NCBI GenBank assembly: GCA_965218695.1
Contig: OZ244651.1
Span: 2,176,001-2,240,000 of the forward strand
Origin: Nitrosopumilus sp.
GTDB lineage: Archaea; Thermoproteota; Nitrososphaeria; Nitrososphaerales; Nitrosopumilaceae
Length of the DNA stretch: 64,000 nucleotides
Reading direction: 5' to 3'
The notes beneath the pieces were generated by a model. That model was not told the origin of the DNA. It saw only the letters and a list, made by a program, of their open reading frames with translations, and searched no databases. This document shows positions 20,956-31,119 of the stretch, in pieces (position 1 is the first letter of the stretch; each line of letters starts with the position of its first letter). A program made the position numbers and the translations under genes.

Positions 20956-21923
20956 TGTTTGAGCCGCTCCTTGTCATGGCAGCTGCCCTTGCAATAGATG
21001 CGGCCATTGGCGATCCCGGAAACAGATACCACCCCACCGCCTGGATGGGCGGAATGATTGCAGCCATTACCATCCGGGCGCGGAGCATTCCTGGCAGACT
21101 CGGCGGCGTTGCAGTGGTGGTGCCGACAGCAGCTGCCGTGACAGTATCAGTAATGATAATACTGTACCTGTTTGATGCAGGCGCATCCGTACTTCCAGAA
21201 TACCTGCAGGTTGTCGCATCCGTACTGTTTGGCGGGATCCTTCTCAAGACGACCCTTGCAGTTAGGGGCATGAAGAGGCATGCCGAGGCGGTGATCGCAT
21301 ACCTAGACCAGGACGACATTGGAGCTGCCAGAATCGGCCTGTCTGCGATAGTAAAGAGGGACACCCGGGACCTGAACAAAAGGCACATCATATCCGGCGT
21401 ACTTGAAAGCATCAGCGAGAATACAGTCGACGGAATTACAGGGCCGCTGTTCTACTATGCCATATTCGGACTGCCCGGTGCCTTTGTGTACCGTGTCATT
21501 AACACTGCCGACTCCATGATAGGATACAGGACCCGCATGTTCCGGGACGTGGGATGGTTTGCAGCGCGGTGCGACACCGTACTCAACTATGTCCCGTCCC
21601 GCCTCACAGGACTGGTCATGGTGGTCTCTGCAGCCCTGTTGCGCTACGACTGGAGGGGGTCCTACTCCACCATGATGCGCGACGGCGCAAAGACTGCAAG
21701 CTCCAACTCAGGATACCCGATGGCGGCCCTTGCAGGCGCCCTCGGGACTCAGTTTGAAAAGGTTGGCCACTACAGCCTGGGAAGCGGGAGCACACACCTG
21801 ACAAGGGAGCATGTGCAGGCTGCAGTGTCCATAATGAGGCTCACCTCCATCCTATTTGTTGTAGTGGTGTCTGCCCCGATTACCACAGCCCTCTTCCTTG
21901 CAGGATGGTGGATTCATGCTTAG
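20952..21923 (+). CDS. cbiB: Adenosylcobinamide-phosphate synthase
   Basis: IGDP..YHP, ESISENTVDG, YRVINTADSMIGY, NSGYPMAALAGAL. Confidence 0.93.
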   Translation: MMFEPLLVMAAALAIDAAIGDPGNRYHPTAWMGGMIAAITIRARSIPGRLGGVAVVVPTAAAVTVSVMIILYLFDAGASVLPEYLQVVASVLFGGILLKTTLAVRGMKRHAEAVIAYLDQDDIGAARIGLSAIVKRDTRDLNKRHIISGVLESISENTVDGITGPLFYYAIFGLPGAFVYRVINTADSMIGYRTRMFRDVGWFAARCDTVLNYVPSRLTGLVMVVSAALLRYDWRGSYSTMMRDGAKTASSNSGYPMAALAGALGTQFEKVGHYSLGSGSTHLTREHVQAAVSIMRLTSILFVVVVSAPITTALFLAGWWIHA

Positions 21924-22641
21924 GGGGGCAGGCTCGGCCCTCTCGTTTCTGACCATCCTTCCGTCGTCCGGTGGCAGTCTTGAGGAGACTGCAAGGCACA
22001 TGTACCTTTTTCCTGCAGTCGGGGCACTCATCGGAGTGCTTGCCGGCTTACTGGCATTCGGGATGTCACTGTTTCTGGATCCGCTGCTCGTCGGGGTTCT
22101 TGTTGCGGGATTTCTTGCCATAATCACCGGAATCCACCACGCAGATGGCCTGGCAGACTTTGCCGACGGCCTCATGGCAAAAGGCGACAGGAAGCACAAG
22201 CTTGCAGCCATGAAGGACGTCTCGACCGGCTCTGCTGGAACAGTCAGCGTTGTCCTGTACATGGCAGGCCTGATAGCATCTGTATCCCTGGCAGACGGCC
22301 TTGACCTGCTCCGGGCAGTCCTGATAAGCGAGATACTGGCCAAGTTCTCGATGGTACTGATGGCAGGCATTGGCAGTTCTGCAGCATCCGGCTCAAACTC
22401 GCCGTTTCTCCTTGCCATGAAAGACAAGAGGAGGCTTGCAGCCGCATTTGCAATCATGCTGGTGCCTGTGATGATGCTGGGCGGAATCGAGGGACTGCTG
22501 ATGCTTGGCATTGCCATTGCAGTGACGCTGTTCCTCCTAGCAGTCTCCACTAGGAGCTTTGGCGGGATTACCGGGGACGTCCTTGGCGCCTCCAACGAGC
22601 TGACAAGGCTGTCGTGCATGGTGGTGTTTGTATCGGTATGA
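21916..22641 (+). CDS. cobS: Adenosylcobinamide-GDP ribazoletransferase
   Basis: SFLTILP, TGIHHADGLADFADG, AMKD, FGGITGDVLGA. Confidence 0.95.
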   Translation: MLRGAGSALSFLTILPSSGGSLEETARHMYLFPAVGALIGVLAGLLAFGMSLFLDPLLVGVLVAGFLAIITGIHHADGLADFADGLMAKGDRKHKLAAMKDVSTGSAGTVSVVLYMAGLIASVSLADGLDLLRAVLISEILAKFSMVLMAGIGSSAASGSNSPFLLAMKDKRRLAAAFAIMLVPVMMLGGIEGLLMLGIAIAVTLFLLAVSTRSFGGITGDVLGASNELTRLSCMVVFVSV

Positions 22642-23222
22642 TTGGAATCATAATGGCAGGAGGCCGCGGCACCAGGATGAACGCCAAGACTGAGAAACTA
22701 CTCCTCTGCTACAAGAGGCCCGTGGTTGTTCACGTTGCAGACTCTTTGAGAGACTCGGGATGCTTTGAGAGGATCATTGCTGCAACCAGCCCCAACTCAC
22801 CGGATACTAGGAGGCTTCTCGCAGGGCAGGGCATCGAGATCTTTGATACCCCCGGGACTGGATATGCCGGGGATCTGAACCGCGTCCTGAGATCGATTGG
22901 CGGCCTGGCCCTTGTCACCTCAGGCGACCTACCGCTGCTTGACGGCGACATAATACGAAAGATACTCCGGTGCCACACGCCGCAAAGCACATGGACCAGC
23001 ATACTTGTGAGCCAGTCGTTCCTTGGCTCCCTAGGACTGGATGCCGGGGAGCGCATAGAACACGAAGGCAGGATGTGCTGCTACTCTGGAATATCCGTTG
23101 TAAACTCGGACGGGATATCCTCGCTTGAGTCGATACCTGAGAACCGCGTGATAGTTGATGACCGCAGAATAGCATTCAATATCAATACGCCAGAAGACTA
23201 TGACCTACTCGGCGCTGCCTGA
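22638..23222 (+). CDS. cobY: Adenosylcobinamide-phosphate guanylyltransferase (NTP transferase)
   Basis: IMAGGRGTRM, EKLL, GDLPLL, NINTPED; cob cluster context. Confidence 0.85.
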   Translation: MIGIIMAGGRGTRMNAKTEKLLLCYKRPVVVHVADSLRDSGCFERIIAATSPNSPDTRRLLAGQGIEIFDTPGTGYAGDLNRVLRSIGGLALVTSGDLPLLDGDIIRKILRCHTPQSTWTSILVSQSFLGSLGLDAGERIEHEGRMCCYSGISVVNSDGISSLESIPENRVIVDDRRIAFNINTPEDYDLLGAA

Positions 23223-23402
23223 GACCCTGCCGTATATGACTGCCTTGGAGCCTGTGGGCTCTGCAAGCACGTTACCGCAGGAGTTGCATGCAACCTGGGT
23301 CGAGGCATGCGAGTACAGTACCTGCTGCTCCTCGCATTCGCCGCATATGACCTTCTGAAACCTGCTGGAAGGCTTTGGAATGTCGATGTGATTCTTCTTC
23401 AT
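23205..23402 (-). CDS. rps27e: 30S ribosomal protein S27e
   Basis: PSSRFQKVICGEC...SHAST.V.CNSCG..LAEPTG. Confidence 0.96.
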   Translation of the reverse strand: MKKNHIDIPKPSSRFQKVICGECEEQQVLYSHASTQVACNSCGNVLAEPTGSKAVIYGRVSGSAE

Positions 23403-23680
23403 GTTGCCACCAACTCAAACTTTTTTATCCTGATGCCAGGCTTGTTGAATTTTTTCTTGCATACGGTGCATGTAAGGATCGGCGTGACCTTCTTGGTGAC
23501 CTTGGCAGGCTTGGCCAGCTTTGGGAACTTTTGCCCCCCGTAGCCGTGTTTGCGCTCGGCATGTCTGCGCTCACCCCTGGCAGAACCGCGCCTCTTTCCG
23601 GCCTTGTATATGGAGACTTTTTGTTCCGTGTGCGTCATGCACTTTGAGCAGTACTTCCTTATCATCTTGGGAATGTTCAC
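23399..23680 (-). CDS. rpl44e: 50S ribosomal protein L44e
   Basis: YCSKCMTHT, GYGGQKFP, AKVTKK, CTVC. Confidence 0.96.
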   Translation of the reverse strand: MNIPKMIRKYCSKCMTHTEQKVSIYKAGKRRGSARGERRHAERKHGYGGQKFPKLAKPAKVTKKVTPILTCTVCKKKFNKPGIRIKKFELVAT

Positions 23681-23739
23681 ATCAACAAGACCGCCCCATC
23701 CGTAATTTAAGCATTGAATCTAAATAGGAATCATTCGGA

Positions 23740-25518
23740 GTGCATGGTATGGATTCGCGTCTGGCAGACATGTTCCCATCGCTGACAGCAGTGGCCATGG
23801 GGGACAGAAAGGCCGATCTCATATTGAAGGACTGCCGCCTAGTCTCGGTGTACACCCGGGAGATAATCCCCAGGATCCAGATTGCCATATACCGGGACAG
23901 GATTGCATACGTGGGTGATGATGCAGGCCACACGCAGGGCCCTGACACAAAGGTAGTCGATCTTGGCGGCCGGTATGTATGTCCGGGACTTGCAGACCCG
24001 CACCTGCACATAGACCAGTTCGTGCTGCCTTCAGAGTTTGCCCGGATGGCGCTACCCTGCGGCGTCACATCACTCTTCTCGGATCCGATCGATGCTGTAA
24101 GCGTTGCCGGATACAGGGGGTTTGAGGAGTTTCTCCGCCTTGGGGAGGACCTGCCAATCCGGATATTCCAGACGGTTCCAGGCGGCCTTCCAGTTGATCC
24201 AAAGTTCAGCAAGAGTCAGACCATGACCCTGTCTGAGGAGAAGGCCGCCCTCAGGCACCGGCACGTGCTTGGGATGGGGGAGGTATTTTCATGGACCAAG
24301 GTGACCCTTGGCGATTCCCGCACTGCCAGATCCATATCTGCCATGCTTGATAACAACTGCATAATCAACGGGCACACTGCAGGCGCATCCGGAAGAAAGC
24401 TCAATGCGTACGTCGCCTCCGGAATCATCTCGTGCCATGAGCCGATAAACCTTGATCAGACCCTTGAGAGGCTGCGCCTTGGGATGTGGGTGATGATACG
24501 GGAGGGCTCCATAAGGCGCGACCTGAAGGAGATAATCCCTGGCATCCTTGCAGGAAACACGTCCATTGACAGGCTGATGTTCTGCACCGACGGGCTGGAT
24601 CCGGCAGAGATTGCAGGGCATGGCCACATTGACCACTGCATCAGGGAAGCAGTCAGGCTCGGCCTTGATCCAGTAGATGCCATCACCATTGCCTCGCGGA
24701 ACAGCTTTGACTACTACGGCATGGGGCGGGACCTTGGGGGAGTTGCGCCCGGCAGGCTTGCCGACATGGTAGTCTTTGAGGATCTGCAGTCGTTCAGGCC
24801 AGGAATGGTCTTTGTCGGCGGCGTGCTTGTGGCATCTGACGGCAGGATGACGGCACCTGTCAGAAAAAAGAGGATCCCTTCATGGGCGCGCGATACTGTC
24901 CGGCTGGAGAGGCTCTCTGCAGGCGACTTCCGGGTGCGATCAAGAAAGGATGTCACGGCAAACACCATATTCATGATTACCGAGATCGTCACCCGTATTG
25001 GTTCTGCCCGTCTGCCCTCTGACGGTCAGGATGTCGGTGCGTCGCCTGACAAGGACGTATGGAAGGTGGCAGCATTTGACCGGACCCGGGGGACTGGCAG
25101 ACGCTGCGTGGGGTTTCTTGAGAACTTTGGAGCCGAGATCGGCGCTTTTGCCTCCACGTGGAGCTTTCATGAAAACGACATGATAGTGATAGGATCAAAC
25201 GACTCTGACATGGCCGCTGCCGCCAACTGCGTCATCCGGAACAGGGGGGGAATGGCAGTGGCAAAGTCCGGCAGGATTCTTGCCTCGATGCCTTTCCAGT
25301 TTGCAGGCATTGCATCTACGGACCCGTTTGAGAAGGTGCTTGCAAACTTTGAGGGGATAAACCACTCCATTATCGATGCCGGCTGCAAATTTTCCAGGCC
25401 GTGCCTGGTTCCGGTGTTTCTGCCGTTTCTGGCCCTGCCGTCAGTCCGGATACTCTCAGGCGGAATGGTCGATGTAAAGACAAGGCGCTACATCCGGCCC
25501 ATCGCAGAGACCCGCTGA
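23740..25518 (+). CDS. ade: Adenine deaminase
   Basis: PGLADPHLHID, INGH, SCHE, MIREGS, FCTDG, APGRLAD. Confidence 0.9.
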   Translation: MHGMDSRLADMFPSLTAVAMGDRKADLILKDCRLVSVYTREIIPRIQIAIYRDRIAYVGDDAGHTQGPDTKVVDLGGRYVCPGLADPHLHIDQFVLPSEFARMALPCGVTSLFSDPIDAVSVAGYRGFEEFLRLGEDLPIRIFQTVPGGLPVDPKFSKSQTMTLSEEKAALRHRHVLGMGEVFSWTKVTLGDSRTARSISAMLDNNCIINGHTAGASGRKLNAYVASGIISCHEPINLDQTLERLRLGMWVMIREGSIRRDLKEIIPGILAGNTSIDRLMFCTDGLDPAEIAGHGHIDHCIREAVRLGLDPVDAITIASRNSFDYYGMGRDLGGVAPGRLADMVVFEDLQSFRPGMVFVGGVLVASDGRMTAPVRKKRIPSWARDTVRLERLSAGDFRVRSRKDVTANTIFMITEIVTRIGSARLPSDGQDVGASPDKDVWKVAAFDRTRGTGRRCVGFLENFGAEIGAFASTWSFHENDMIVIGSNDSDMAAAANCVIRNRGGMAVAKSGRILASMPFQFAGIASTDPFEKVLANFEGINHSIIDAGCKFSRPCLVPVFLPFLALPSVRILSGGMVDVKTRRYIRPIAETR

Positions 25519-25974
25519 TCGTTCCAGCAGGTCTCATCTGGCGTGCCGGCTGACGATTGGCAGTCCAAGCGCGTGTTGCATCTGCGCCAGGATCCAAATC
25601 CGGGCAGCTGCCGAATACATGCCAAACAGAGACGGTTCAACATACAAGAGTGGATGCTAGCCTGACAGCATCCGGTGCAGCATGAGGAGGCCTCCCTGGT
25701 ACACGTCCTCCAGAAATTCCCAGAAGAGCCTTGCAGCCGCGCTGAAGATCAGCGCAGAAAGGATTATCTGCATCTGCCTGCCTTTCAGCCTGCCAGACAG
25801 CCTGACTCCGAGCAGTCCGCCAGCAAACCCTCCTGCCAGCAGCAGTACGGCCTGATACATGTCCGGATGACCAAGCGACCCGTGCACTATTAGCCCTACA
25901 AAGGCGATGACCAGCAGTGCAGGCTGGGACATGACTGCCACCTCCTTCATCTTCATTCCCATGACAAGCACCAT

Positions 25975-27146
25975 AGACATAATCCGTAATTAGAAATTGT
26001 ACATATTTTCCTATACTGTGTAGGTTTTTTGACTCCTATCAGGTTGCTTCCCGGACTAGGAGAACCCTGAGGTTGGCAAATCCGCAGACGATGTCATTGA
26101 CGGTGTCGTATTTTTTCAGGCGGTTTCGGTAGACACCGCTCATTATGCGAAACCGTTTGACCCTGCGGATGGCGTGCTCCACATACACCCGTGCCTTTGA
26201 GTGCTTTTTGTTGAATTCCTTCTGCTCGGGGGACAATTCTGCGCCTTTTTGCTTCTTGTACGGCACTACTGCATCCCGGTCAGGAAATTCTTTGTTGATC
26301 CCCTGGTATCCGTTGTCCAGGATCTCTCTGACTTTGATCCTTTCCTTGTCCTTGCTCCCGTCCTTGCGTGGAAGGTTGTCAGGGAATGTCGGGTGTTTCT
26401 TCTTGAATACTGCAAAGTCGTGGATCCTGCCCGGGGAATGCCGGGTCTTGTGAAGGATGAGGCCGTCCGTGGCCGACGTGTACTGGACCTTGGACGTGTG
26501 CCTGTGTGCCTTGCCCGAGTAGTGGGACCGTTCCATGTCCTTGCGTCCGGGACGCTGTATCTGCTGCTCGGAGGCATCAATCAGGGCAGTCAGGCCAGGA
26601 ATGATCTCCTCAAGATCGTCAAGCGTCTTGGTGGCCTTGATGTTGGCGTAGATCTTTGACGGAAGCGGAACGCACTGCCGGATCGACGGCTCCAGTGCCC
26701 CCATGCTGCGGGACACACTGGCCTGACCCACATGGAACGTCAGGGCAAGAAGATCCTGCGTAGCGTATGTCCTGTAATAAAACAGGACCAGAAGAAACCT
26801 GTTTTTCAGATCCAGTTTCCACCTGCGTCCGGCACCAATGCCGCGCACCCTGCTTCTTTTGGCGAGTCGCTTTTGCTCTGCCTTGGGGTATTTTTTTGCC
26901 AGCCGCCCTGCCACCAAATTAAATTCGGAGACTGTCAGTCCAGTGCACCGGATGAACAGTTTGGGCTTTTTTGCTAATTTGTCGTATAATGACATGCTTT
27001 GACATTGGCAATCAGAATAAAACACGGCTGACGTATAGTTTTGATCATCGGGCAAGTTCGAATTGACATGCAATTCCATGCAGTCAGCCAGATTTGTCCT
27101 GCAATGCGTCCAATCTCGTGATTATGCCCAATTACGGATGATGTCT
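25975..27146 (-). mobile_element. IS5-like element, 1172 bp, copy B
   Basis: Same TIRs as 12411-13582; 3-bp DR CAT. Confidence 0.93.
26039..26995 (-). CDS. Transposase (DDE_Tnp_4)
   Basis: Translation identical to 12475-13431. Confidence 0.92.
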   Translation of the reverse strand: MSLYDKLAKKPKLFIRCTGLTVSEFNLVAGRLAKKYPKAEQKRLAKRSRVRGIGAGRRWKLDLKNRFLLVLFYYRTYATQDLLALTFHVGQASVSRSMGALEPSIRQCVPLPSKIYANIKATKTLDDLEEIIPGLTALIDASEQQIQRPGRKDMERSHYSGKAHRHTSKVQYTSATDGLILHKTRHSPGRIHDFAVFKKKHPTFPDNLPRKDGSKDKERIKVREILDNGYQGINKEFPDRDAVVPYKKQKGAELSPEQKEFNKKHSKARVYVEHAIRRVKRFRIMSGVYRNRLKKYDTVNDIVCGFANLRVLLVREAT

Positions 27147-27969
27147 CATGAACGGCACGACGACTACGCCCCCGCCGATTCCAAAAAAGCTGGACACGAT
27201 TCCTGCAGAGATGCTTCCAAGAACCATCATGATTGTCATGAACCGCATCGGGCTGTTCCCCCTCTCCTTCATCTTGCCCCGAAACAGCATATACGCGCTG
27301 ATCGCAAGTATGCTGCCAAGCATGACGTTGAAGAGATCCGATTCTGTATACTCGGCCATCAGCGCTCCGAGGGCCGTACCCGGAATCGACATGAGGCCCA
27401 ACTTTAGTCCAAGGGAGTATTTGATCTTCTTTCTTACTGCGTGGGTGAGTGTGGCTCCGCCAAGGTTGCCAAACGTGCCAAAGAGACTGTTGCTTGCAAT
27501 GAGTGACGGGGGGAATCCGAGAAACGCAAGAACCGGAGATATCATGATTCCGCCGCCAAAACCTACCATAGATCCTGCAGTTCCTGCGCCGAACCCCAAA
27601 AGTATCAGCCACAGGCTCTCCAGCATTGCATTCCTATCGAACACTACTATTAAACTTCGTACAATGGATTCTTTCTGCAAACGGCGTCCTGTTTTTTCAC
27701 GGCAGCACCATGACCTGGCAGTACGTCCCGTGGAAGTCTGACAGTAGGTTCCGGATGGCGGTTCGGCAATATTACACTGCAGGCGCTTTGCAGTATCCGG
27801 CATTATGGGGGATTCATGCGTGGCAGCCAGGTCTGGAAACCGGCAGGATGAACCAGACACCCATGCCGGCTCTCGTCAGAATATGATACGGCAAAACCCG
27901 GATGATCCCTGATTCGTAACAGGCGTGGCATGTGCCTGCTGTATCCCAAAAACCACAAAAAATGTTATG

Positions 27970-28356
27970 CTAGGACTGAGCCGCGTTCTGCCACATTCCG
28001 ATGGTGTTTCCCTCGGTGTCTGATATCTGCGCATAAAATCCGTATTCTCCCACCTGAATCTTTGGCAATACGATCTTGCCTCCTGATACCTCTGCCTTTT
28101 TCAGATGCCCATCAAGCGATTTGACCTTTATGACGATCACCGGTTTCATTTCTGGGTGTTGTCTCTTCATCATGCCGCCGTTTATCGCACCCGGCTGATT
28201 TGGCATCATGGTCTGCGGGTCGGTTTCTGCGGTAATGGCATGGTAGTAGTCCATCTCAGGATCCTTGGCGATCTTCCAGCCAAACAGCTCCTCGTAGAAC
28301 TTTTGCGCCCTGGGTTGGTCATCGTACGGAATTTCAAAATAAGCCACGCTATCCAT
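27970..28356 (-). CDS. VOC/glyoxalase family protein
   Basis: YFEIPYDD, FYEELFGW, GAINGGMM, DTEGNTIGMWQ. Confidence 0.9.
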   Translation of the reverse strand: MDSVAYFEIPYDDQPRAQKFYEELFGWKIAKDPEMDYYHAITAETDPQTMMPNQPGAINGGMMKRQHPEMKPVIVIKVKSLDGHLKKAEVSGGKIVLPKIQVGEYGFYAQISDTEGNTIGMWQNAAQS

Positions 28357-28545
28357 ACGGGGTTGCCATGGCAGTCAGAATTTAAATTTTTGTTCAGGCC
28401 GGTTGAGCCCATTCGCCGCCGCCAAAACCAGGCATGGTTTTGCATGATTCGTGCCCAGACAGATCCTGGTTCCGTGCATATGCCCGAACCCTAGACCCTA
28501 GATTGAGTAATATTAAAAAGAGGGACTTTGTGCCCTGAAATCAGA

Positions 28546-30162
28546 ATGGCATCGATTCAGCAAGGACCAAACGGCCCAGTTCTAGTCTTGAAGGAGAGCG
28601 CCCTGCAGCAGAAGGGCAAGGACGCCCAGCGGAACAACATTGCTGCCGCAAAACTGGTCGCAGAACTGGTAAAGAGCAGTCTGGGGCCACGGGGGCTTGA
28701 CAAGATGCTGGTTGATTCGCTAGGAGACGTTACAATTACCAATGACGGTGCAACAATCCTCAAGGAGATCGATGCGCAACACCCCGCAGCCAAGATGATG
28801 GTGGAGATATCAAAGGCAGTAGACAACGAGGTGGGTGACGGCACGACCTCTTCTGTAGTGTTTGGAGGCGCACTACTTGCACGTGCAGAGGACCTGCTCA
28901 AAAAGGATGTGCACTCTTCAGTTATTGTAGAGGGATTTCAGGCAGCAGCAGACAAGACCCTTGAGATACTTGCCCAGCTTGCCAACACCATACAGCCTGA
29001 CGATGCCCAATCACTGACAAAGATTGCAACTACAAGCATGCAGTCGAAGCTGATATCAGAAGACAGCAGCATACTATCCGAGATTGTTGTTGATGCAATA
29101 CTCAAGGTGGTTACAAAGAGGGGCGGCAACTACTCTGTTGACCTTGACAATATCAAGGTGGAAAAGAAGACCGGAAGCTCAATTCAGGACACCCAGGTGA
29201 TAGAGGGAATAGTCTTGGACAAGGAGATAGTCCACAGCGGAATGCCCACCAAGGTAGACAATGCCAAGATTGCGCTTATCAACTCGGCACTTGAGATTGA
29301 AAAGACCGAGATGAGTTCAGAGATAAGAATTACCGATCCCACACAGATGCAGATGTTCCTTGAAGAGGAGAACCGGATGCTCAAGGGCATGGTTGAAAAG
29401 CTGCACCTCGTAGGGACAAACGTCCTGATATGTCAGAAGGGCATAGACGACATAGCACAGCACTATCTTGCCAAGAACGGTATCCTGGCGGTGCGCCGCG
29501 TAAAGGAGAGCGACATGACAAAGCTTACCAAGGCCACAGGCGGCCGCGTTATCAATAACCTAGATGATCTCTCAGAGGAGGATCTGGGACAGGCGGATCT
29601 TGTACGCCAGAAGAAGATAGAGTCTGACAAGTGGGTCTTTGTAGAGGGATGCCACAACCCGCAGTCTGTTACCATGCTGATTCGCGGAGGCTCCCAGAGG
29701 GTTATCGACGAGGTAGACCGCTCCATTCATGACTCCCTGATGGTGGTAAAGGATGTAATTGAGACGCCCCAGATCGTCGCAGGCGGAGGCGCCCCCGAGG
29801 CGTTTGTTGCCACCCAGATCAGGGAATGGGCAGACCACTTTGACGGACGCGAGCAGCTTGCCATTAAAAAGTTTGCCGAGGCGCTAGAGGTAATTCCATT
29901 GACCATTGCGGAGAATGCGGGCATGGATCCAATTGACACCATGGCCACGCTGCGCTCAAAACACGCACAGGGAAACAAGTGGACCGGAATTGATGCCAGA
30001 AACGGAAAGATTGCCGACATGTTTGCCATTGATGTAATAGAGCCTGTCGTGGTAAAGGAGCAGATAATAAAATCTGCCACAGAGTCGGCATGCATGATTC
30101 TCAGAATCGACGACGTGATTGCCGTGTCCGGCGGTCCCGGCGGCGGCGGACCCATGGGATAA
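28546..30162 (+). CDS. ths: Thermosome subunit (canonical group II chaperonin)
   Basis: LGPRGLDKM, TITNDGATIL, GDGTTS, RSIHDSL; Gly/Pro/Met tail. Confidence 0.96.
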   Translation: MASIQQGPNGPVLVLKESALQQKGKDAQRNNIAAAKLVAELVKSSLGPRGLDKMLVDSLGDVTITNDGATILKEIDAQHPAAKMMVEISKAVDNEVGDGTTSSVVFGGALLARAEDLLKKDVHSSVIVEGFQAAADKTLEILAQLANTIQPDDAQSLTKIATTSMQSKLISEDSSILSEIVVDAILKVVTKRGGNYSVDLDNIKVEKKTGSSIQDTQVIEGIVLDKEIVHSGMPTKVDNAKIALINSALEIEKTEMSSEIRITDPTQMQMFLEEENRMLKGMVEKLHLVGTNVLICQKGIDDIAQHYLAKNGILAVRRVKESDMTKLTKATGGRVINNLDDLSEEDLGQADLVRQKKIESDKWVFVEGCHNPQSVTMLIRGGSQRVIDEVDRSIHDSLMVVKDVIETPQIVAGGGAPEAFVATQIREWADHFDGREQLAIKKFAEALEVIPLTIAENAGMDPIDTMATLRSKHAQGNKWTGIDARNGKIADMFAIDVIEPVVVKEQIIKSATESACMILRIDDVIAVSGGPGGGGPMG

Positions 30163-30193
30163 GATAATACCGTCCATACATACAATTCCATTA

Positions 30194-31054
30194 TTGCACC
30201 GAATCGGCGTGGATCTTGGTGGCACGAAGACCGAGGCTGTACTGCTCAACGAATATCTTGACGTGGCGAGACGAACCCGCGCCCCCACGCCGGGGGACTA
30301 TCCAGGCATCATCGACGTGATATCCCGCCTGGTCGCAATCATGTCTGAGGGCATATCCTCCTACTCTGTCGGCGTGTGCACGCCGGGCGTTACATCTGAC
30401 GATACCGGGTTGATAAGAAACAGCAATACCGGCTGCTTGATCGGCCGGCCGCTCAAGAAAGATCTCCAGGACGCCTTGGGCACGAAGATCGTGATGGACA
30501 ACGATGCCAACTGCTTTGCACTGGCCGAGGCCCGAATGGGTGCTGCCCGGGGGTTTGGGCTGGTCTTTGGAGTGATAATGGGTACCGGCGTGGGAGGCGG
30601 GATTGTCATAGACGGAGAAATTCACCACGGCCGAAACGGCCTCGGGGGAGAATGGGGTCATCATGTGCTGCACCGAGCTGGCCGCCCCTGCTGGTGCGGC
30701 GGGGCCGGATGCGTAGAAAAGTATCTCAGCGGGCCATCACTAGAGGCAAGGTGGAAGGAGATTGCCGGCGCGGAAATGCCCATTCAAGAGATAATGCGCA
30801 ACCTCGACTCCGAACACGGCCGGGCGTGGAAGGCCGAGTTTCTAGAGGACTTTGGGTACGGCATTGCCGGCATCATAGAAGTGCTGGATCCTGACGCGAT
30901 CGTGCTCGGCGGCGGGCTGTCAAACATAGACTTTCTGTACACCTTGGGAGTCGAGTCCGTGCACAACAAGGTCTTCTCGGATCGCCTCACTACCCCGATA
31001 CTGAAAAATGCGCTAGGCGATTCTGCGGGCGTCATCGGGGCTTGCCTGATCTGA
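30194..31054 (+). CDS. ROK family sugar kinase
   Basis: GVDLGGTK, NDANCFALAE, GTGVGGG, GEWGH, CWCGGAGCVE. Confidence 0.92.
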   Translation: MHRIGVDLGGTKTEAVLLNEYLDVARRTRAPTPGDYPGIIDVISRLVAIMSEGISSYSVGVCTPGVTSDDTGLIRNSNTGCLIGRPLKKDLQDALGTKIVMDNDANCFALAEARMGAARGFGLVFGVIMGTGVGGGIVIDGEIHHGRNGLGGEWGHHVLHRAGRPCWCGGAGCVEKYLSGPSLEARWKEIAGAEMPIQEIMRNLDSEHGRAWKAEFLEDFGYGIAGIIEVLDPDAIVLGGGLSNIDFLYTLGVESVHNKVFSDRLTTPILKNALGDSAGVIGACLI

Positions 31055-31119
31055 GGCCGCGCATTCGGGGAGGAGGAGGCGTGATTCTGGCACTGCCGAC
31101 CTGAACGTACCGGATCGCA

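Larger units (their letters stand above)
25657..27626 (-). pseudogene. TauE/SafE (TSUP) family permease interrupted by IS
   Basis: GSMVGFGGG and FFGIGGGVVVVPFM|VLVMGMK rejoin in frame across IS 25975-27146. Confidence 0.9.

Noticed and set aside
27132-27860. 242-aa ORF as an intact gene
   Set aside because: It is the 5' half of the IS-interrupted TauE gene, with a spurious N-terminal extension and an IS-derived stop.
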